Part shown: one piece after another, positions 48,071 through 63,969 of the stretch | How positions within the stretch are numbered: position 1 is the stretch's first letter | Layout: the number at the start of each line of letters is the position of its first letter | Source: Geosiphon pyriformis uo1 | Lineage: Eukaryota; Fungi; Glomeromycota | NCBI GenBank assembly: GCA_016748015.1 | Contig: JAAOMT010000129.1 | Span: forward strand, 310,001 to 374,000 | Direction: 5' to 3' | Length of the DNA stretch: 64,000 bases | The notes under the pieces: generated by a model | Database searches by the model: none | What the model was told of the DNA's origin: nothing | What the model saw: the letters and a program-made list of their open reading frames with translations, nothing else | Program-made: the position numbers and the translations under genes

Positions 48071-49517
48071 TTATTAAAAATTTAATGCTTTTAGTAAACA
48101 TTTTCTGCAATATAAAAAAACCTTTAATAATATTGTGGTTATGAATTTTTAGAATTTTTTTTAATGTTTCAAATAAGCATTTTACATAATTTTTAAAAAA
48201 TCTAATAAAATAAAATATAACATTTACAAAAACTTGACTACTTTTTTATTAACACAAATTATATTTTTCCCTTCAGAGAACAACTGATCTCAGAAGAAGC
48301 AATAAAAGCGTGATGTTCAAAGAATCAACTTGGAGTATGATAACAGGCGAGAAGAATCACAAGACAATAATTTAGTGGCAAAAAACCTCAGTTGCAACAA
48401 TAGTTTCAAGAATCAAGACTCAAAGGGATTTGGAATTACTTGGGTGTTTCCCTGAAACTTCCGCTACCCCTGCCTATAAACTTGAAGTAAAATACATATT
48501 CCTCAGTTGATTACGGTGTGACTAAGTCAAAAGGGACTTTTCATTCACGCTCTCTCAAGAAAAGCACCCGACGCCTACTTCAGCTTCATGGGAAAATTTT
48601 CTATTGTCAAAGAAATGGTTATTCCTATCCATTTTTAAGAGTAATTTAAATCTCTGCTAGTTCGAATTAATCCTCAGCATGGGATTGATTGCTTGGTCAT
48701 ATAGAAACAATAATGCAGAAGTTGCATTTATAGCCCAAGATTAACATGCTTTGTTAGTTATATATTAGTTTGTTACCTATTGCCATTATATTCATTCAAC
48801 GACTAGGGAAAATCATCCACCTGACGAGATCATTCTTGATTTTCACTTTCGACGCTGGCCATCTTTTGATAAATATGGAAAATTTATTAAAATTACTTGG
48901 ATTTGAAGACAAACTTGAGCTTCAGGGTGTTTTATATCACCTTATAATTTGCTCTATTAGTTCAGTAGATCAAAGACATCTTAAAGAATTTAGGTATTTG
49001 GGTTAAGATAGCATTCTACATTTATCCTGGTTCAGTATGAAGATGGACTTATATCAAGAAAAAAGAAAAGCACAAGTACCTGATAATCTTCGTCAATAGA
49101 AATATTTGATAAAATTGGCAGTTAATTCACTTTTTGAATCTTTTTTCCTTGAATTTCTTGGTTATCATAATTTGATAATTGAGTTTAAAAAATGCCATTG
49201 TTATTTTTTTTGTATGATTCTCTATCATAAGTGTCGAAAGAAAAGGAAAAAGGATTTTGGAAAGAAGAAAAAAGAGAAAGGTTATGTAGACAGTAGAATA
49301 CACCCGCTAAGGCCATTACGGCCCATTTGCAGAAAATGTAACGAAGAATTATCGATTTTTACCAAATCGGAGATTTTAAAAAACTAAACATCCCCTCCCC
49401 CCCCCTCCACGCCCCATTAACTCTTCCGTTGCAATAATACAATTTTAGACTTCTAATACTACTAGTAAAACACAAAGTTTTGTTTGCTTCTCTATCAAGG
49501 AATATAAAAATAAAAAA

Positions 49518-52500
49518 TCAAGAATTCAGACTAGTGTTTGCGTCTGGTGGTCCATTAAGAACCTCATCCAAGCTTCGGTGGCGCTGCAGTTCTGACAATA
49601 CTGACTCATCTACAGGTATAATAGATTTCCGGCGGAATAAATTAACACCTTCAGGTCGCCCATCGAATGGTCGCTAAAAATTGAATTATCATGTTACAAG
49701 GGTTGAACACATATAGTCAAGGGAAAGAAATTTTTCAAGAAAAATTCCTCGACTACAAACCATCTCTCCATGTTGATCGTCTATATTATCTTCACCAACC
49801 CGCTCTGAATCAGAATCTTCTTCCCCACTTGATTGATTAGAAGGATATTCCTCGGGAGGATATGATTTAAAGTTACCAGCTAAAAATTACAAACCGTTCA
49901 AAAATCTAAAGCTTTAAAATGGCTGATTTTTATTCGATCAATTAACTCACCAGTAACCTCATCCCCCAAAGATATAACAGGAGCGCCGAGAGGATATTGT
50001 AATGGCCCTTCCGTATTATTAGTGGCCGTCTTTTCCAATCTGTGCCATGTTTCCTCACGCTCTTTCATTCTTTTCTTTTCCCTGTGAAATATAATATCTA
50101 TTGTTTCAATAAATGTCGTCTTTCTAAAAGTGAATCAATAAACTCAACCTTATTGAACTCACAATTGACGGTTTTGCTTATATTGCGTGGTGCATTCGTC
50201 AAAAAGTGCAGGATTGATATCCATGAATAATTTAAGTGCGCTATAGACCAGGCCATGAATAGTTCTGTGAGTGTAAAATCAAGAAGCGGATGAATAACAG
50301 TTAGTCTTAGGGTCGAAAGATACAGTTTATGAAAAATTAAACGCTATACCGATTCCAATGCGCTTTTGAATTGTGATAAAGTGATGGGAACATTACTGGT
50401 AAAATAGTGTTCACGTTATCCCCTATCAGATTAACAATATACTCATTGTTCCAATAATAAAGAGCTCTTTCAGCAACCTTTATAAAAAAGAAGTAAATTA
50501 AGCAGAGGATTCCATATAGCAAACCAGTCGTACTATACAACCAATTTTACCTGAAAATGAGGGCTGGATACACAACGAGCAATTTGTTGGAACAGAGGTA
50601 CTTGAATTTTGATAAATTCCTGTGGTTCAATAACATCTAGAATTTCTTCGATTTCATTCAAGAACATCACTTCCTTTGGACTATTTACTTTGGGCCAATA
50701 GCGAAGTAACCCACAAATAACCTTCGAAACAAATGATTAAAATTTTTCCTTTTTCCAAACAAAAATTATAAAGAGCAATTTCAGAGACAAGGCCTACTTC
50801 TTCTGTTAGTGATGGATCCTTTTCAAGAAATTGAACCACACAGTAGGCAAGTTGCGGATGATACAATGTTAGGGATTTGACTTTGTGCAGAGGTATCAAA
50901 ACTTTCATAAGGAATGTCTTGTGTTCGTCTTTCAGAGGTAATGCAAACCCGTTGATGATGCTGAATAAAAAATACACAGAATAAACAACCTTTACCAAAA
51001 ATTGAAACCCAAATACAAGTCAAAAATCGCAAATAAATGTGCATATATATTTGGAGAAGTTTATTACCTTCCAAGAATTTCCAGCAGTTCCGCAATACCA
51101 TTGTGTCTTTCAGTCTCATATATAAACTGGAAGAACACATTATTAATGGATTTTCGAATAAATGCGCGAAGATTCAAGAATTTCCCATAGATTCTATGTA
51201 GTGTAGTCTTTAAGAAGTCACGTTCTCTAGGATCTTCGCTGTCAAATAAGTCTAGTAACTGAAGGGAAGGAACACAATTAAGAATTAATCAATGGAATAA
51301 AGGAAAATTTCCTAGAAAATCAAATCAAAAACTCACTTGCAATATAAATTGTGAGTCTATATATTTCTTGGCAATGTTTGTATTAAAATCTGGGGATTCT
51401 ATAAATCTAAGAAAAAACTCGTATACAATTTGAAGATGTGGCCACGCAAGTTCCAGCACAGGTTCATCATCCTCGGGATCAAAAGCATCTCCGGTTGGGT
51501 TTACTTGTGGAGGTATAGTTCTAAAAAGATTGAGAGCAAACTAAAATATTCCCGAAAAGATTATGATACATGTCAAATCGACTTAAATCTAAAATAACTT
51601 GAAAAGACTATTTATACCTACCATCGACACTACTTCTGGATATATCGGCTCAGTGATGACACCACGGTTTGTCGTGATATATTCTAGAAGCTCTGTTAAT
51701 GTGGATCGCTTGATTTCTTTACCCTTGAGTTCAGCGCTCGCGTCATTAAAGTCAAAGATTACAGCACATTGGCCGAGCTTTCTCAAAAAAAGCTCTTGTC
51801 TCTTGTCAACTGAAACCTCTGTAAAATAATTAACCCAAAAAAATAAGAAAAGCAGATTAATTTAAATCAGAGAAAATCGGGAATATAAGATAGATGATAA
51901 CTAACCATTGAAATTTGGTAAATTTTCCAATTCCACTTTCTCGGTAACATGGAACCTTGAAGATCTCTGTCTCCGTGGTGCTTTACTAATAGGTATAACA
52001 TCTTTAGGAGTGTTTTTTAACCGGTTCAAGGGATCTCTTTTGGGTGGCTCATCTTTTGAGTGGGATTTGTGACTGCTAGCAGGTGAAAGCGGTCCAGAAT
52101 CAGGGCCAACATTTCCCGATCTCTTCGTTTTTACGCGAATATAAGCCAAACAACAGAACAAAAAAAGGTAAGAACAACTGAAACCCCAAAAGAAATTTAG
52201 GGAATTTAATGATATATTTAACAGTTTATAGGTAACCTGTTCTGCATTTACCACGATAATTGTGGGCGTTGAAGTTGAAGCTTGAGCTTCTTTGGTACTT
52301 GAGGAGGAGGAAGAAGAAGAGTTCTTCCCAGAAGATTTTGAGCCACTAGTTTTGCCATTACTATTGCTGCCACTATTATTACTATTGCTACTATTATTAT
52401 TATTATTGCTAGAGTTGGAGTTATTTGTACTATTACTGTCGCTCGTTTTCCTTAGCTAAAAGATGAAAGAATGTGGAATGTGTAGCAAGGCAAAAGTATA

Positions 52501-52569
52501 AGTGAGCCAAAAGAACCAAAAAATGAAGTTATTTGAACGACTTACTACTTTTTTTCTGATTGATTGCAT
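49518..52569 (-). CDS. RTS1: Protein phosphatase 2A regulatory subunit B' (B56; Rts1/Par1 orthologue), 13 exons: 52546-52569, 52237-52455, 51906-52122, 51622-51818, 51337-51540, 51068-51258, 50798-50960, 50551-50721, 50350-50477, 50163-50264, 49951-50081, 49761-49879, 49518-49673
   Basis: B56 motifs [70 protein letters not shown]-terminal RRKS; GT-AG introns in consistent phase; alternative in-frame ATG at 52578. Confidence 0.93.
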
Positions 52570-54239
52570 AGTGTGCATTGGAGTAGGAGGAGGGAGAAAA
52601 CTTTAGAAATTAGATTAAGTTATTGTAACAGTAGCCGCAAGAAAGAATTTTCAATGTATATGTATATACAGCCGGACAAAGTTCTACAGACTGCACGATA
52701 CGTAATTTCTTTGGGGGTGGGTTTGGTCACACGAAAGGTAGAAGATTCTCTTGACTAGAATTAGACTATCTATTATGAAGAAGTAGGAGTAACTTATACA
52801 ACTACAATCTGAGTACTTCTCACTCTGCATGCGTGGTTTCCCTTGCGTTGCTTCTAACAGCTAGTCATAGTTATTCTCGGATGCAAGATTTGAGTCAAGA
52901 TCAATCCTCAATATCTATTTCTGACGTGAGAAGCAATAATTTCAGTCACCGATATTTTCTCCGCACTTTTTACAAATATTAAATCAAAGATTAAAGGTAT
53001 GCACGATTTATGAATTCCAAATATAGAGGCAGCAATGCTAATGTGAAAAGAATGCGAGGATACAATTTATAATGATGATAAACTTAGACTCTCGTATTTC
53101 ATTTATTTGCAGCAAAAGAAACCATCAATACCTTATTTGTAACTAAAAAGCTGCATGTTATTTAATTATCGTTTTTTGCTCCTGGAAGACGCGAAATCTC
53201 AAATTTTCATTTATTTTCGTCAAATATGGCTCTATGCGTTTTGATTTTGGCATTTAATTAAAATTCCCGGTGAATATTACTTTAGTATTATTAAGATAAT
53301 AGATTTGACTCCTGGACAAAGTTAATTTTTGCTTGATAAATCTCAATTTCTTGCGAGTTATAGACATTAATTACTTCAAATTTTAAACTCAACGACATTT
53401 GGTAAAAAAAAGTTTCATTATCCTTTACATATTTATTTCCATGCAACACGAATAACGTATCACAATTTAATACTCAGCTGCAACCTCATGTTGTACACTA
53501 TCAACTTGTTTATTTGGTTAAAATTGGACAATGGCAATCTAGACTCATATTCGGAAAAGTCTTCGCCCGAAAATGCGGTAATATTTGCGGAAATTACATT
53601 GGTTGTTTCAAAAAAGTTTTGTTGCAAGAAATTCAAATGAGAATAAAAATATAATTTAGCTATGTAAAAGTCTATCTAAGCTGAGTTGTGTATATTAACT
53701 GTAAATAATATATTTAAATTTATTTTAAATAACAAACAAAAAAACCATTAATATTTCTTATAAAAACATTGTTAATATGATAAAGTAAGAATTTTATTAC
53801 AGAATTTTAACTAAGAACAAAATAAAACAGAATTAAAAATACATAAAAATAAATTGTTAATAAAAAAATAATTGTATATATAATTATTAATAAATTTTAA
53901 GATAATAAAAAAATAATATAAATAAGAAAATATAGTAAAAAAATAATTAATTAAACTATAATTAATAATATAAATTAAATAAAAAAGTAACAAAAACTTT
54001 GTACATAATTTTAAAATATGTAATTATATACTTTTTATATATAATTATCTATTTAAATTTAATTAAAACTATTTTAATTTACATTATTATAATTTGATTT
54101 TTTAATTTTTAGTTTTATTAATTATTTAATTATATATCTTATTTATATTTAAAACACTAATTAAAACATAAAATTATAAAAATTTTGTTATTTTTGTTAA
54201 TAGAACAATAAATTTATTATGAAGCAAAAAATTATGTTT

Positions 54240-57200
54240 TTTATAATATATTCTTAGTTTTATATCTGATAACTATATGACAGATCTATAATTTTTGATA
54301 AAACTCTAAATTAAATTAATAACTAATATGTTACTATTAGATTCAATACTTAACAAATACATTATTTTAACCATTTATCTCTCCAATATAGAGCTTTTAG
54401 CCTGTAGTATATATAAGCAACCAGAAGATTTAGTCTTGTACAGAGATTAAATTACCTTACAATTAGCAACACAAGTATTTAACAAATCAATTTACATTTG
54501 AATAGTGTTTGAGATCAGATTTTTTTAGCACAATCATCATAAATATATAAAAATATGTAATTAAAGTTTTTAATCAGCTTACACTAAATGCATAATATGC
54601 TAAAATAATTTGAGTTATATGGTTTTTTTTCTTGGCTACAAGCAGACAATAATACAAGATCTTTATAAAGTAGAATCAAAGTGTTATAGAAGTAAAATTA
54701 ATAAAACCAAATTTAACATAATTATTAGAATATTACACATCAAAAGTTCTATATATATTGAAAAATTGTACACTATTGTATCTACAGCACTATTAACACA
54801 TTTGAATTTCCAGTTAACAAAACTAATAGTTTCAAATAAATGCCTAATAAAATAACAAACATTTTCAGAAACAGATTTTTTTTCAATAACAAAAAAATAG
54901 TATAATACTTAAGCAGACACTATAAAACCAAATGTAATAGCAGTATTAGCAAAAAAATCTGCATATTTATTACCAATAATTCCAAAATAACTCTTAATTT
55001 TATTTTAACTAACTAACAAATTTTTTGACACAATAGCTTAATAAATATGTTTTTTTTCAATTTAGTATTTATCATAAAAATTGGGACTAATGTATTTCTT
55101 ATTTAAAACACAAACATCTAACAATACTTGATTATCTATAAACAATACAACTAAATTAGACATAAAAACACATTTCAGTACAAATACAATAGTCTGTAGT
55201 TCCACCAGAATTAAAGAAAACAAGCCATATTTTTATATTTATGTTAATATCTAAAAAATATATAGCTGTATCATCATAAATACTTATAAAACCCAGATTC
55301 TTAACTTAACCATCTATATAAACAACTATTTCATCTGCTTTATTTCTTAATAAATATTCTTTAACAAAATTAAAGTTACATAAATAGCCAACAGATACAG
55401 AATAAAAAGTCAAATTACCATAGCCAATCAGACTATCTTTTTTAATAAATATAATAAACAAACTAAATCAACTAGGAACAAGACTCTTAAGATTAAGTTT
55501 TTTTATCTGTAAAATATGTTTTATATAAAACATATATCATAAAAGTCCAGAAGTTAGTTAGTAAAAGCAATACTAAATCTTTTTAATAATTTTACTATAC
55601 TTATGTAACAATTTAGACCCAGAACATCAACAACAGCAATATTATTACCAGTCCAAAATACATTTAAAAGATTATTTTTTAAAAACAAGTTACATGATAT
55701 TAGAGTACTAATTATACCTATCAAAAAACAGTTTATTAGACTAATCAACAATATAACTGAAAAACTAAGAGAATAATAGGACATTCAAATAACAATCTGT
55801 AAATTTATAGCTCTTTGTTTGAATAATTTGTCAAGAATTTTCTTTGAATTAACAAAAGTAACCAAATTAGCCAGCAGATTTTCAGCCTGTATCTGCCCAA
55901 ATAACTTAAAACTATACAATTTAAGATAGAAAATAGCTTTATTGGAAAAGTTTTTGGATAAATTGGCTTTAAGTTTCAACTTCTTTTTTAGCATTCTGTT
56001 CTACTTTTTATACACATTTATTGATATATAACTAAATTGTAATTTGTAATTAATAATGAGATGAAAAACTGCAGATACCAGATATAAAAATTACTTATTC
56101 AAAACAGTTTTTCTTTAAAAAAACTATCTATAGACAAAAAAATGCCCAAGTATTTATAAAATTTACACTTTCTTGTTATTAAAATATTTAATTTACTTAT
56201 TAATAAGCAAAAAGCTTTCATTTTTTGATTGATAGATATGACAACTGTTTTCTCTGTATTGATTAAAATATTATAATTTAGAAAAATTCACTAACAATAT
56301 TCAAGATATGTTGAATAATAAATATGACATTTTTAATTCAGATTGTATTGTTTATAAAGGCTTTTGCTATTAAAAAAAATGTCTTGTTATCTCTAAGATT
56401 TTGCTTGCCAGTCTTCATAATAAACCTTAAATTCAATTTATAGCCAAACAAACTATTATGTCTCTTAATCTTACAAAGCAAAAGATTATAAAAAATTATC
56501 TATAGCAATAGCAAAAAGACCTCCTTTTAATCCAAACTATTATGTACAATATACTTATTTATAAGCTTAAAATTCATCATTACTTAATTAATTTTATTAT
56601 TGTAAATACTTCCAAAAAACTTAATAAAATAAAAACACATCTTAATTTTAGTTAGATTGTTTTGTAAATAGTATTATCTAATAGAATTGTATGTTTTACA
56701 CATGTTTTAAAAGACTAGTCATAGATTTTTGTTTTTTTTAAATGCTTTCTTAATTACATAATCAATGGCAAAAATTGGAAACTAAGTGGATATTTTCTTT
56801 AAAACTAAAAAATTATTATTATACAAGATATTATATTTACTACAGACCAAGAAAATTTTATTTAAAAAAATTTTAGATAAGATCTTATGAGCTGTTTCAA
56901 TTAAGATTATTGGTTTAGTATTGGTAAAAGTTTTTTTTCAATCATATAATTTTGGTATCATAAAAATCCAAGTCTCTTTTTACTATATAAAAACTATATT
57001 TAATACCAAATACATATTAAAAATATCTAACAAATTCTCCAAAATTTGTTTATTACTATGTTTTCAGAATTTATTAAGAATATCAAAAAAATTAGCAGCT
57101 TTTCTATTAAGTAGATTTTTAATCATCTGCAAAAATTCATCAAACTTAAAATCATATATAATTTTTGAAAATGCATTATTATCAATATAGTCTAAAAAAA

Positions 57201-60200
57201 CATATTAATTAAATTATTAATCAGACCAAATACTGGGTATTACATGTTTTCTCATCCATTTTTTCATGATTGTATTGACTGTAAACTTGATCTTACAAGA
57301 CTTTAAAACCAAATTGTTATTTATTATCAGATAATTAAATATTACTTTCTGAAATAGTTATTTTAAAATACTTTTAATTATCTGTTTTTTATTAAAACAA
57401 AATTTTTTATACACTTTTTTATTGTCTTTCTAATGAAATTATTTTTGACAACTTTAGATTCATAATAATTGGATTTGTAATATTTTTTTTAATTTCTAAC
57501 AGATAACACAGAATTTTTTAGAACTTTTTATTACTATTAATCATAATGTTTAACTTAAAAACTTTTTTTTTATTAATAGCAATCCAAGTATTAATAAAAC
57601 AATCAGTTTTTAAACTTTAATTCAAGTTCAAAATTTTCACAATTTTGGTCACCAATAGCTTTAGCTTAAAAAACTTAGACAATTACTTGTTCTTTAAACA
57701 CTTAAAATTACTGAACCAAAATCTAGAAAATACTTTATTAGCAAAACTTATTACTATTTCTTTCAAAATTTTCTATATTGTATCCAAATTACTGCAATCT
57801 TTTATATCATTAAACCCAGCTGCTTTGCTTAAAAACTTATTTAGAAAACATTTTTTGAATTATAACTACTTAATAATCTTAGTATTCTTAATTTTAAACT
57901 TTTATTTATTTCTATTAGCCTATTTACAATTACTATTAAAATAAGTGTTCAAAAGACCATTCAAATCAACTATAACTAAAACAGTCTTGTGGTTAGTATT
58001 AAAAAAATCAGCAATAGTGTCAACTTATAACTAGTGACTACAAATGCCAGATTTTAATTCACAAAAATAAAATCTATAACTTTTTTACTGTTCTTAAAAT
58101 TGCTTTAAATAAAATTTTGGCTAACAAATACTTACCAAATAAGTTGACTAAACCCAAATTCAGACAAAACTTGAAACTTGTATTCCTCTTTAAATTATTT
58201 TCATTGAAATCTCCACCCAACATTACAAAAGTGCTAGAGTTAATTTCCTTAGTAATAAAAGAGTTAATTTCAAATACTTGGCCAAATCTTGTTTTTATAG
58301 AAGCACCAGTATATAAATCTATAATTATAACTAAGATCTTGTTTTTAAAAAGGAGTCTTACCAAAATAACATAACCAAGAACTTTTTCTATCTTAAAGAC
58401 ATACTGAGTTAGAGAATTGTTTATAATAATAGCCATTTCAATATTAAGAAAACTCTTATCTAAACCAGATGTGAAAATTTGCACTTTATTAAACTTATTT
58501 ATAATCTATAGTTTAACACTAAATTTTAACTTTGTTTTTATAATAATAGAAATTATATTATCCAAATTTATATGCCAATAAACAATGTTTTTTTGTTTTG
58601 CAAGAACATTAATACTCTGAACATTACATGTAGCAAATTTTTATATTAAATCAGTTATTAAAATAATAAAAACATTAGAAAATCTAAGCCAGAACACAAC
58701 TAATTTAATCTTGTCAAAACTAAATTAATTAAATTTTTAAGAACTACTATTTTGTTTTCAAGCTACTCATTTTGGTGATTAAAATTTTTGATTTACTTAA
58801 ATCCAAATCTGAAATCTTATTATTTATAATTGAAAAAAAAACAGGCAATAAAAGTAGATTATCTAAAACCATATTCAAATCTGAATTTGAATTCAATAAT
58901 ACAAACACCATAGGAAAAGAAAATTAAAAAACAAATACCAAAAGTACCAGATTCACAGTGTTTAATCTATACACAATATCTAATATTTGATTAACCAAAA
59001 GCTTTAATAAGTATTCCAAAAAACCCAAGCAAGCATTAATGAATAAGTTATCTTAAACAACTAACAAATTTTTTTTAACACATAATATACAAAAAAAAAG
59101 AATTTAAAACCAGAATCAGAGTAAGCATTATCAGAAAAAACAGCAAACAAAACCATCTGAGCCTAAAATTTGCCACCAAAGATGGCAGAATAAGAAATAA
59201 AAACACTTTTTTTAGCATATTGATCAGCAAAAAGTGATTTTTTTTCAAAGTAATTTTTTTATAATTTTTTTTAGAAAACAAGAATAAAGTATTAGATATA
59301 TTACATTTCAGAGCAGAGTATTTAAAAAGTCCATATTTTTCATATTAAACCAAATTTATTTTAGTCTAAAAAAATCTTATACTACCAAAAATTGGTTTTG
59401 TACAAAAAACAAATTCAAGTTTTTTTCCTAATTCAAAACCAACTATAATACAGTGAACTTTATTTCCAGTTTTGAATAATTAATTTATAATGCAAGTTTT
59501 TTTACCAGCCTTCTTTAATAGAATACTAAAATTATAAACAGTTGTTTCTATGAGTAAAGTAAACAGAAGCACTTTAAACCAATCTCTGAATATTTAAACA
59601 TCTCAATCTTTCATGGTTTTTGCTATATGTACTAAATTTTTTTGATTAAGAATAATCACTTTGTTGCCAATTAATTTGCTTAAACTAATTTGGTAAACTC
59701 TATTACAGCCTTTTGCCATAGCCCAATTAGTTGTAAATAGATTAACACAATTTGGCCAAATACAAAAACTGCAACAATCATTTTTTTTTGATATGTTTAT
59801 AAAAATTTTTTTATTATTATAGTCTAATTTGATCTGATTTTTTGTCTTTTAAGATCACTGTTTACTTTGATTTCTTTCTCTTTGATCAATAATATGGTCT
59901 TATTTATATTTTTTTTTAATATAAATATTGATCTAATAATCTTTTTAAATTTTGAAAAAGTAGTAATTCTGCCAAAACTATTGATTGTTAAAAAAAGTTT
60001 TTTAATTATCTAAGTTTTTGCTATTGCTAACTTTTTTTAAATTGTTAAAAAATTAATATCTAAAACAAAAAATTTTCTAACAGCTATTTCCATTTAAGTT
60101 TTCACAATTTTAAAATTTATTCACTTTTTTTTCAAAGAGATATTAAGAGAAAAAGAGAAAAATTTTTTATTTTTATCTATTTCATAATTAAGTGTACCAA

Positions 60201-60650
60201 TAGGGAAACCATAATCTAAACTAGTATTAAATCTCTTAGCTTTAAGAATTATTACAGTTGAGCCAAGAAGAAAACCACTATTAATACCTATTAAAATATT
60301 ACTAATTTTATTATTGTTTAATTTACTATTTATATCTGAATATATACTATTACTAAAATCAAATTTAATTAAGAAAATTTTTTTTTATTATCAGAATGCT
60401 TGATATTATTTACAGATATTCTTTTTTTTTAAGAGAAAATACCATTAATAGAATCATAAAAAACTTTTTTAAGTGCTTTTTTTTAGACATATTATTACTT
60501 AAAACAACTTTCAAGTTTACCATAAAAAAATTATTAACTTGAAAAATATTAAGAGTGATAATATTAAAAAAATTAAAGACAAAAATTTCTTTTTTAAAAA
60601 ATTATTCTTTAAGGAATTTCGGATATAAAAGAAAAAAAAGTTTTTATATA
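54240..60650 (-). mobile_element. Near full-length degenerate LINE (ORF1 ~58660-60523; ORF2 ~54300-58660)
   Basis: ORF 58074..58484 (APE, GGDFNE), ATCNVQ at ~58620, RT and RNase H remnants collinear with 4795-9000; 3' end uncertain. Confidence 0.82.
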
Positions 60651-61639
60651 TTTAATTTTAACTAAATGTTTTTTGTATTTTTTTAATATATTTTTGCTTT
60701 TTTTTATAAATATTATATTATAATATTCTAAAAATATTAATACATATTATATTAATTTTTGAATTTATAATTTAAATATAAAATATTAATTAATATTATA
60801 GCTTATAAAACATATTATATTTTAATAATTTTAATATACTATTGTTTTTAAAATCTGTAATAAAATTTTAACAAATCGAATTATTTTAATTAACAAAAGT
60901 TAAACAATTAAGTAATTTGGTTAATATTTTTATTAAAACTTAGTAATTTATAAATTTTAACATAATTTTTAAGAAAATTTTTATAATTATAACAATAATT
61001 ATATTAATAATTATTTTGGTTTTTTATTATAATATTTACTTAATATTACTATAAATATATTTATATTATTTATTCTTAAGTAAATTTTAATATTTTTAAA
61101 ATAAATATAATTAATTTTTAATATATTAAGATAAGTTTTTAACAAAAAAATAGATTGTAATTTTAATAATAAAATATTTTTTTATTATTTATTGTTTTTA
61201 AAAAACTTATATAATTTAACAAATTTTCTTGAAAGCTTTTTTAAATAATTATAATTATAATTATAATTTAATTTTAAAAAATATATTATTTTTTAAATTT
61301 AATAAAATTATTGTATTTATTGTTTTTTATATAAATAATTTTATATATTAATTTTATGTTTTACTAATATATTTATTTTATTGAATGCATAATACTTTTA
61401 AAAAATAAAGAAAAAAATTAATAATTATTACAATATAATTTAGATTAACATAATTTTTATTTTTATATTTTTATATTAAATTTTTATTTTTTATTTTATT
61501 TTATACATATATATATATATTTGTTTTATTTTTATAAAACTTGTAAACTTAAATTTAAGTTATAATTTATATATTATTAATTAAAAAAAAATCTTATAAC
61601 TAAATTTTAAAGTAAAAACAATAAGTATAAAAAAAATAT

Positions 61640-63150
61640 AACTAATAATTTTAATAAAAAGTGATAATTTACTGTATTAAATATCAAATTTTTTTGGTTT
61701 TTAATAATAATACTATTTAAAAAGCTTTTTAACTAAAAATAATTTATTAAAATATTTTTTTTAAGTAATAAAAAAACAAATTAGTTTTAAATTACAAAAA
61801 AATATTTTTTTGTTTTTAATTAAAAGTTTTTTTTAAAACAATCTATTAAAAATAATTTTAATATTAATACTATTATTGTTAAAAATTTAAAAATTTTAAT
61901 TTTATAAACTAATAACCAAGTATTATTTTTTTATTTTTATTATTAATATTATTTATTAATAAAAAAATCAAAACAATCAAAAAACAATACTTTTTTTTAA
62001 AAATACCAAAAAAAGTAAGTTTTTTAATATTTTTATTGGTTTTATATTATTAATATCAATTATAATATTTAATTTTATTTTGATTATAAATTATTATTTT
62101 TTGTTTTAAATAATAATAAAAATAATAATAATAATAATATATAGTTAAATTTAATTTAAATTATATTAAATTTTTGAATAAGTAATCATAATATTATTGT
62201 AAATATTAAATTAAGTTTGTGTTTCAGTTTTTATTAGTTATAAAAAAATATATATTAAGCTTTTTTTTAATATTTTTTTAATAATATTAAAAATGTTTTT
62301 GGTATTTAAATAAAATTTGCTAATTTGTAATAATAAGTTGTTATTTATTTTAAAGTTTTTAAAAATGTTTTTGCTTGTTGGTTAATTTTGATAAAAATAA
62401 TATTAAATTTTTTTTAATATTTAAAAAAAAATTATTTTATATTATAATATATTTAAAACCAAGTTAATTAATTTTTTTTTGACTGTATTGTTTTTAAAAT
62501 TAGTAATTTGGTTTTTTAAAATAATAACTATACTTGTTTTATTTTTTTGGTTTTTTAATTACTAATAAAAATTTATTATTATTATTTTTAAATATAAAAA
62601 TATTTTTAATATTATTATTTTTAAAATTAGTATTTTACAAAAAATTTTTAAGTATTAGTATTATTATAAATATTAAAGTTTAAATTATATGGTTTTTAAT
62701 TATAAAACTGTTTTTTTGATTTGTTAAAACTTTTTTTAAGTTTTTTATTATATTTAAAATTTTTATAAATTAATTTATTATTTTAATATATTATATTAAG
62801 ATTATTGTTTTTTATGTTAAATATTTTTAATTTTTTCAATATTATTATTAATAAAACATATAAATTTAAGTTAAAAATACTAAAAATTAAGTTGTAAATT
62901 CTATTTAATTTGGTAAAATTTATGATTAAAAAAATTGGATTTTTGATAAACTTAATTATTTTTTTTAGCTATTAAAATAAATTTTGCTATAATATTAAGA
63001 CATTTTTTATTTTATTAAAAATTCAGATTTAACATATTTTTAAAATAATAATTGATTTGTTTAAAAGTTTTAATTAGTTTAAAATCAAATAAAAAACTTA
63101 TTTTATAAATTTTTATAATTTTGAAAATTAGGTTTAATTATTATTATTTA
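61640..63150 (+). pseudogene. Extremely eroded ORF1-like relic related to 40809-43085
   Basis: e.g. ACTGTATTGTTTTTAAAATTAGTAAT (62482) vs TTGTATTGTTTTTAAAATTAGTAAT (42519). Confidence 0.5.
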
Positions 63151-63909
63151 TAATAAATTGTATTAAATATAAATTACAACAAAAAAAACAATGTTTTTAA
63201 AAAAATATGTAAATATGTGCATAATAAACAGATATTTGTAAATTATTTTGGTAAGATTTAAAATATTAAATGTTTTTAATTTAAAATATTTATTTATTAA
63301 TTTAAGTTTAAATAACTATTTATATACATAATTTATGTTTATAGTTATTTTATATAACTAATATAGTCGATAGAAAGATCATACTTTGTAAAAGCATAAA
63401 AAAAATAAAAATATATATTGTAAAAAATTATTGTAAATGCAAAAATAATAGAAAATAATTAAAAAGTTTTTTAAAAATTGCAAATTATTTAATTTATTAG
63501 AAATATATTTGTTTAATAATATGGTTTCTAAAATATAAATTATAATTCATTTAATATTTAATTATTATATAACTTTAATTTTAATTACAATTAAATTTAA
63601 TTAGTACAATAATAATTTTTAAAAAATTTTTTTTTTCAATTTTTATTAAGATTTTATTACAATAATTTTTTTAGTTTTGTAAAAATTTTTAATATTTATA
63701 AATGATTAAATAATAATTAAATAATAATTAAATAATAAAAAAGTTATTAATATATAAAAATTATAAATTAAATCATAATTAATTTTTATACTTAATTTAC
63801 AATTTTGAATTAAATTAATGGAAAGTGTCATTGGTTTTAAAAAAAATTTTATTATAACAAAATATTACAAATTTTGGGAAATAAAAATGAAACTATTTTT
63901 TCATTATAT

Positions 63910-63969
63910 AAATAATAATAATAATAATAATGATAAAAATAATAACAATAACAATAACAACAATAATAA
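63910..63969. repeat. (AAT/AAC)n microsatellite
   Basis: Directly visible. Confidence 0.8.

Noticed and set aside
48270-49390. Gene downstream of the PP2A subunit (ORFs 48770..49006, 49106..49387)
   Set aside because: Non-ATG starts, no recognisable domain and no consistent exon chain
53700-54240. Hydrophobic ORFs in A/T-rich zones (e.g. 53811..53993, 38708..39088 as intact genes)
   Set aside because: Compositional artefacts of eroded repeats
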